Shown piece after piece: positions 63,662 to 64,000 of a stretch of DNA of 64,000 nt. The stretch comes from Herbaspirillum sp. (lineage in GTDB: Bacteria; Pseudomonadota; Gammaproteobacteria; Burkholderiales; Burkholderiaceae_D), in the NCBI RefSeq assembly GCF_035644555.1, contig NZ_DASQOH010000049.1, forward strand, positions 39,839 to 103,838. The letters run 5' to 3'. The notes below the pieces were generated by a model. It had not been told where the DNA came from. It saw only the letters and a program-made list of their open reading frames with translations, and searched no databases. Positions within the stretch are counted from its first letter, which is position 1. Each line of letters opens with the position of its first letter. The position numbers were made by a program, and so were the translations under genes.

Positions 63662-64000
63662 GTGTACAAACTTTCCACGATTGCCCTTGCCAGCGCCCTG
63701 CTGGCCCTGACGGCCCCGCTGCATGCCCAGCAACCGCAGCAACAGCAGCCATCGCAGCCACAACAGCAGCAGCAACGCCACGACGAATTCTTCTGGCTGG
63801 GCGAGATCAACAAGGCCACTGCCGTCATCAATACCGACGAAGGCCTGCTGGACAAATCGATGACCCCGCTCATCGTCAAGGGCATCCGCAAGGTATTGGC
63901 CGATGCCGAACAGCCGGGCGCCAAGCGCCCTACCCTGGTCATCACCTTCGAGCCGCTGCTGATCCAGGCGGCCGGCCCGCAGATCACCTTGCTGCATGCC
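63662..64000 (+). CDS. Secreted protein, partial; possibly fumarate-lyase/argininosuccinate-lyase superfamily
   Basis: GTG at 63662 with GGAG 6 nt upstream. Signal peptide (M)YKLSTIALASALLALTAPLHA, then a Gln-rich stretch QQPQQQQPSQPQQQQQ. It is open to the window end (113 codons) and ends ...ITLLHA, as found before the HxGRS motif of lyase_1 proteins. It is absent from the ORF track because no stop lies in the window. Confidence 0.4.
   Translation, partial: MYKLSTIALASALLALTAPLHAQQPQQQQPSQPQQQQQRHDEFFWLGEINKATAVINTDEGLLDKSMTPLIVKGIRKVLADAEQPGAKRPTLVITFEPLLIQAAGPQITLLHA

Noticed and set aside
1-64000. CRISPR arrays, tRNA/rRNA genes, IS elements, integrases, prophage genes
   Set aside because: I scanned the intergenic regions and the ORF list. 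I found no spaced direct-repeat arrays, no cloverleaf-like conserved tRNA boxes and no transposase or recombinase-like translations.

Overview
This is a high-GC chromosomal segment. Gene content and an E. coli-type LexA box suggest a beta-proteobacterium, possibly Burkholderiales/Oxalobacteraceae, but that is inference only. I call about 55 protein genes. I recognised no rRNA, tRNA, CRISPR array, transposase or integrase.

Gene order, left to right:
- A 2Fe-2S subunit plus an unusual molybdo-subunit-like::tri-haem cytochrome c fusion.
- nadC, translationally coupled to a PhnN::thymidine/AMP-phosphorylase-like fusion.
- An FRG-domain gene and a MarR regulator.
- A sigma54-promoted NitT/TauT-type ABC importer.
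- A small secreted protein and a minimal MCP.
- Two tandem dynamin-like GTPases placed directly behind benE.
- A catBA-benABCD-ridA-benK operon, with catR and catC-catD divergent from it.
- A stressosome-type module (rsbR-rsbS-rsbT, RsbW-like::PP2C phosphatase) feeding two hybrid histidine kinases.
- A small orphan gene.
- A four-gene condensin-like jetABCD (Wadjet / MksBEFG) cassette.
- A complete acetylated-cellulose operon (bcsQ-A-B-Z-C, wssF-G-H-I).
- A LexA-boxed FAN1-like VRR-NUC nuclease plus a PD-(D/E)XK::DinG/XPD-type helicase.
- A LysR/SDR pair and a partial secreted lyase-like gene.

The best candidate for the special system is the jetABCD cassette at 35252-41388. It combines an SMC-like ATPase, a Toprim nuclease and two small partner subunits, which is the architecture of the Wadjet anti-plasmid system. 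The second candidate is the benE-linked dynamin-like GTPase pair at 13922-16800, which resembles LeoA/Eleos.

All functional calls come from reading motifs in the supplied translations. No database search was run. The ORF track translates GTG/TTG starts as M, so several starts were re-picked using RBS spacing and start/stop overlaps.
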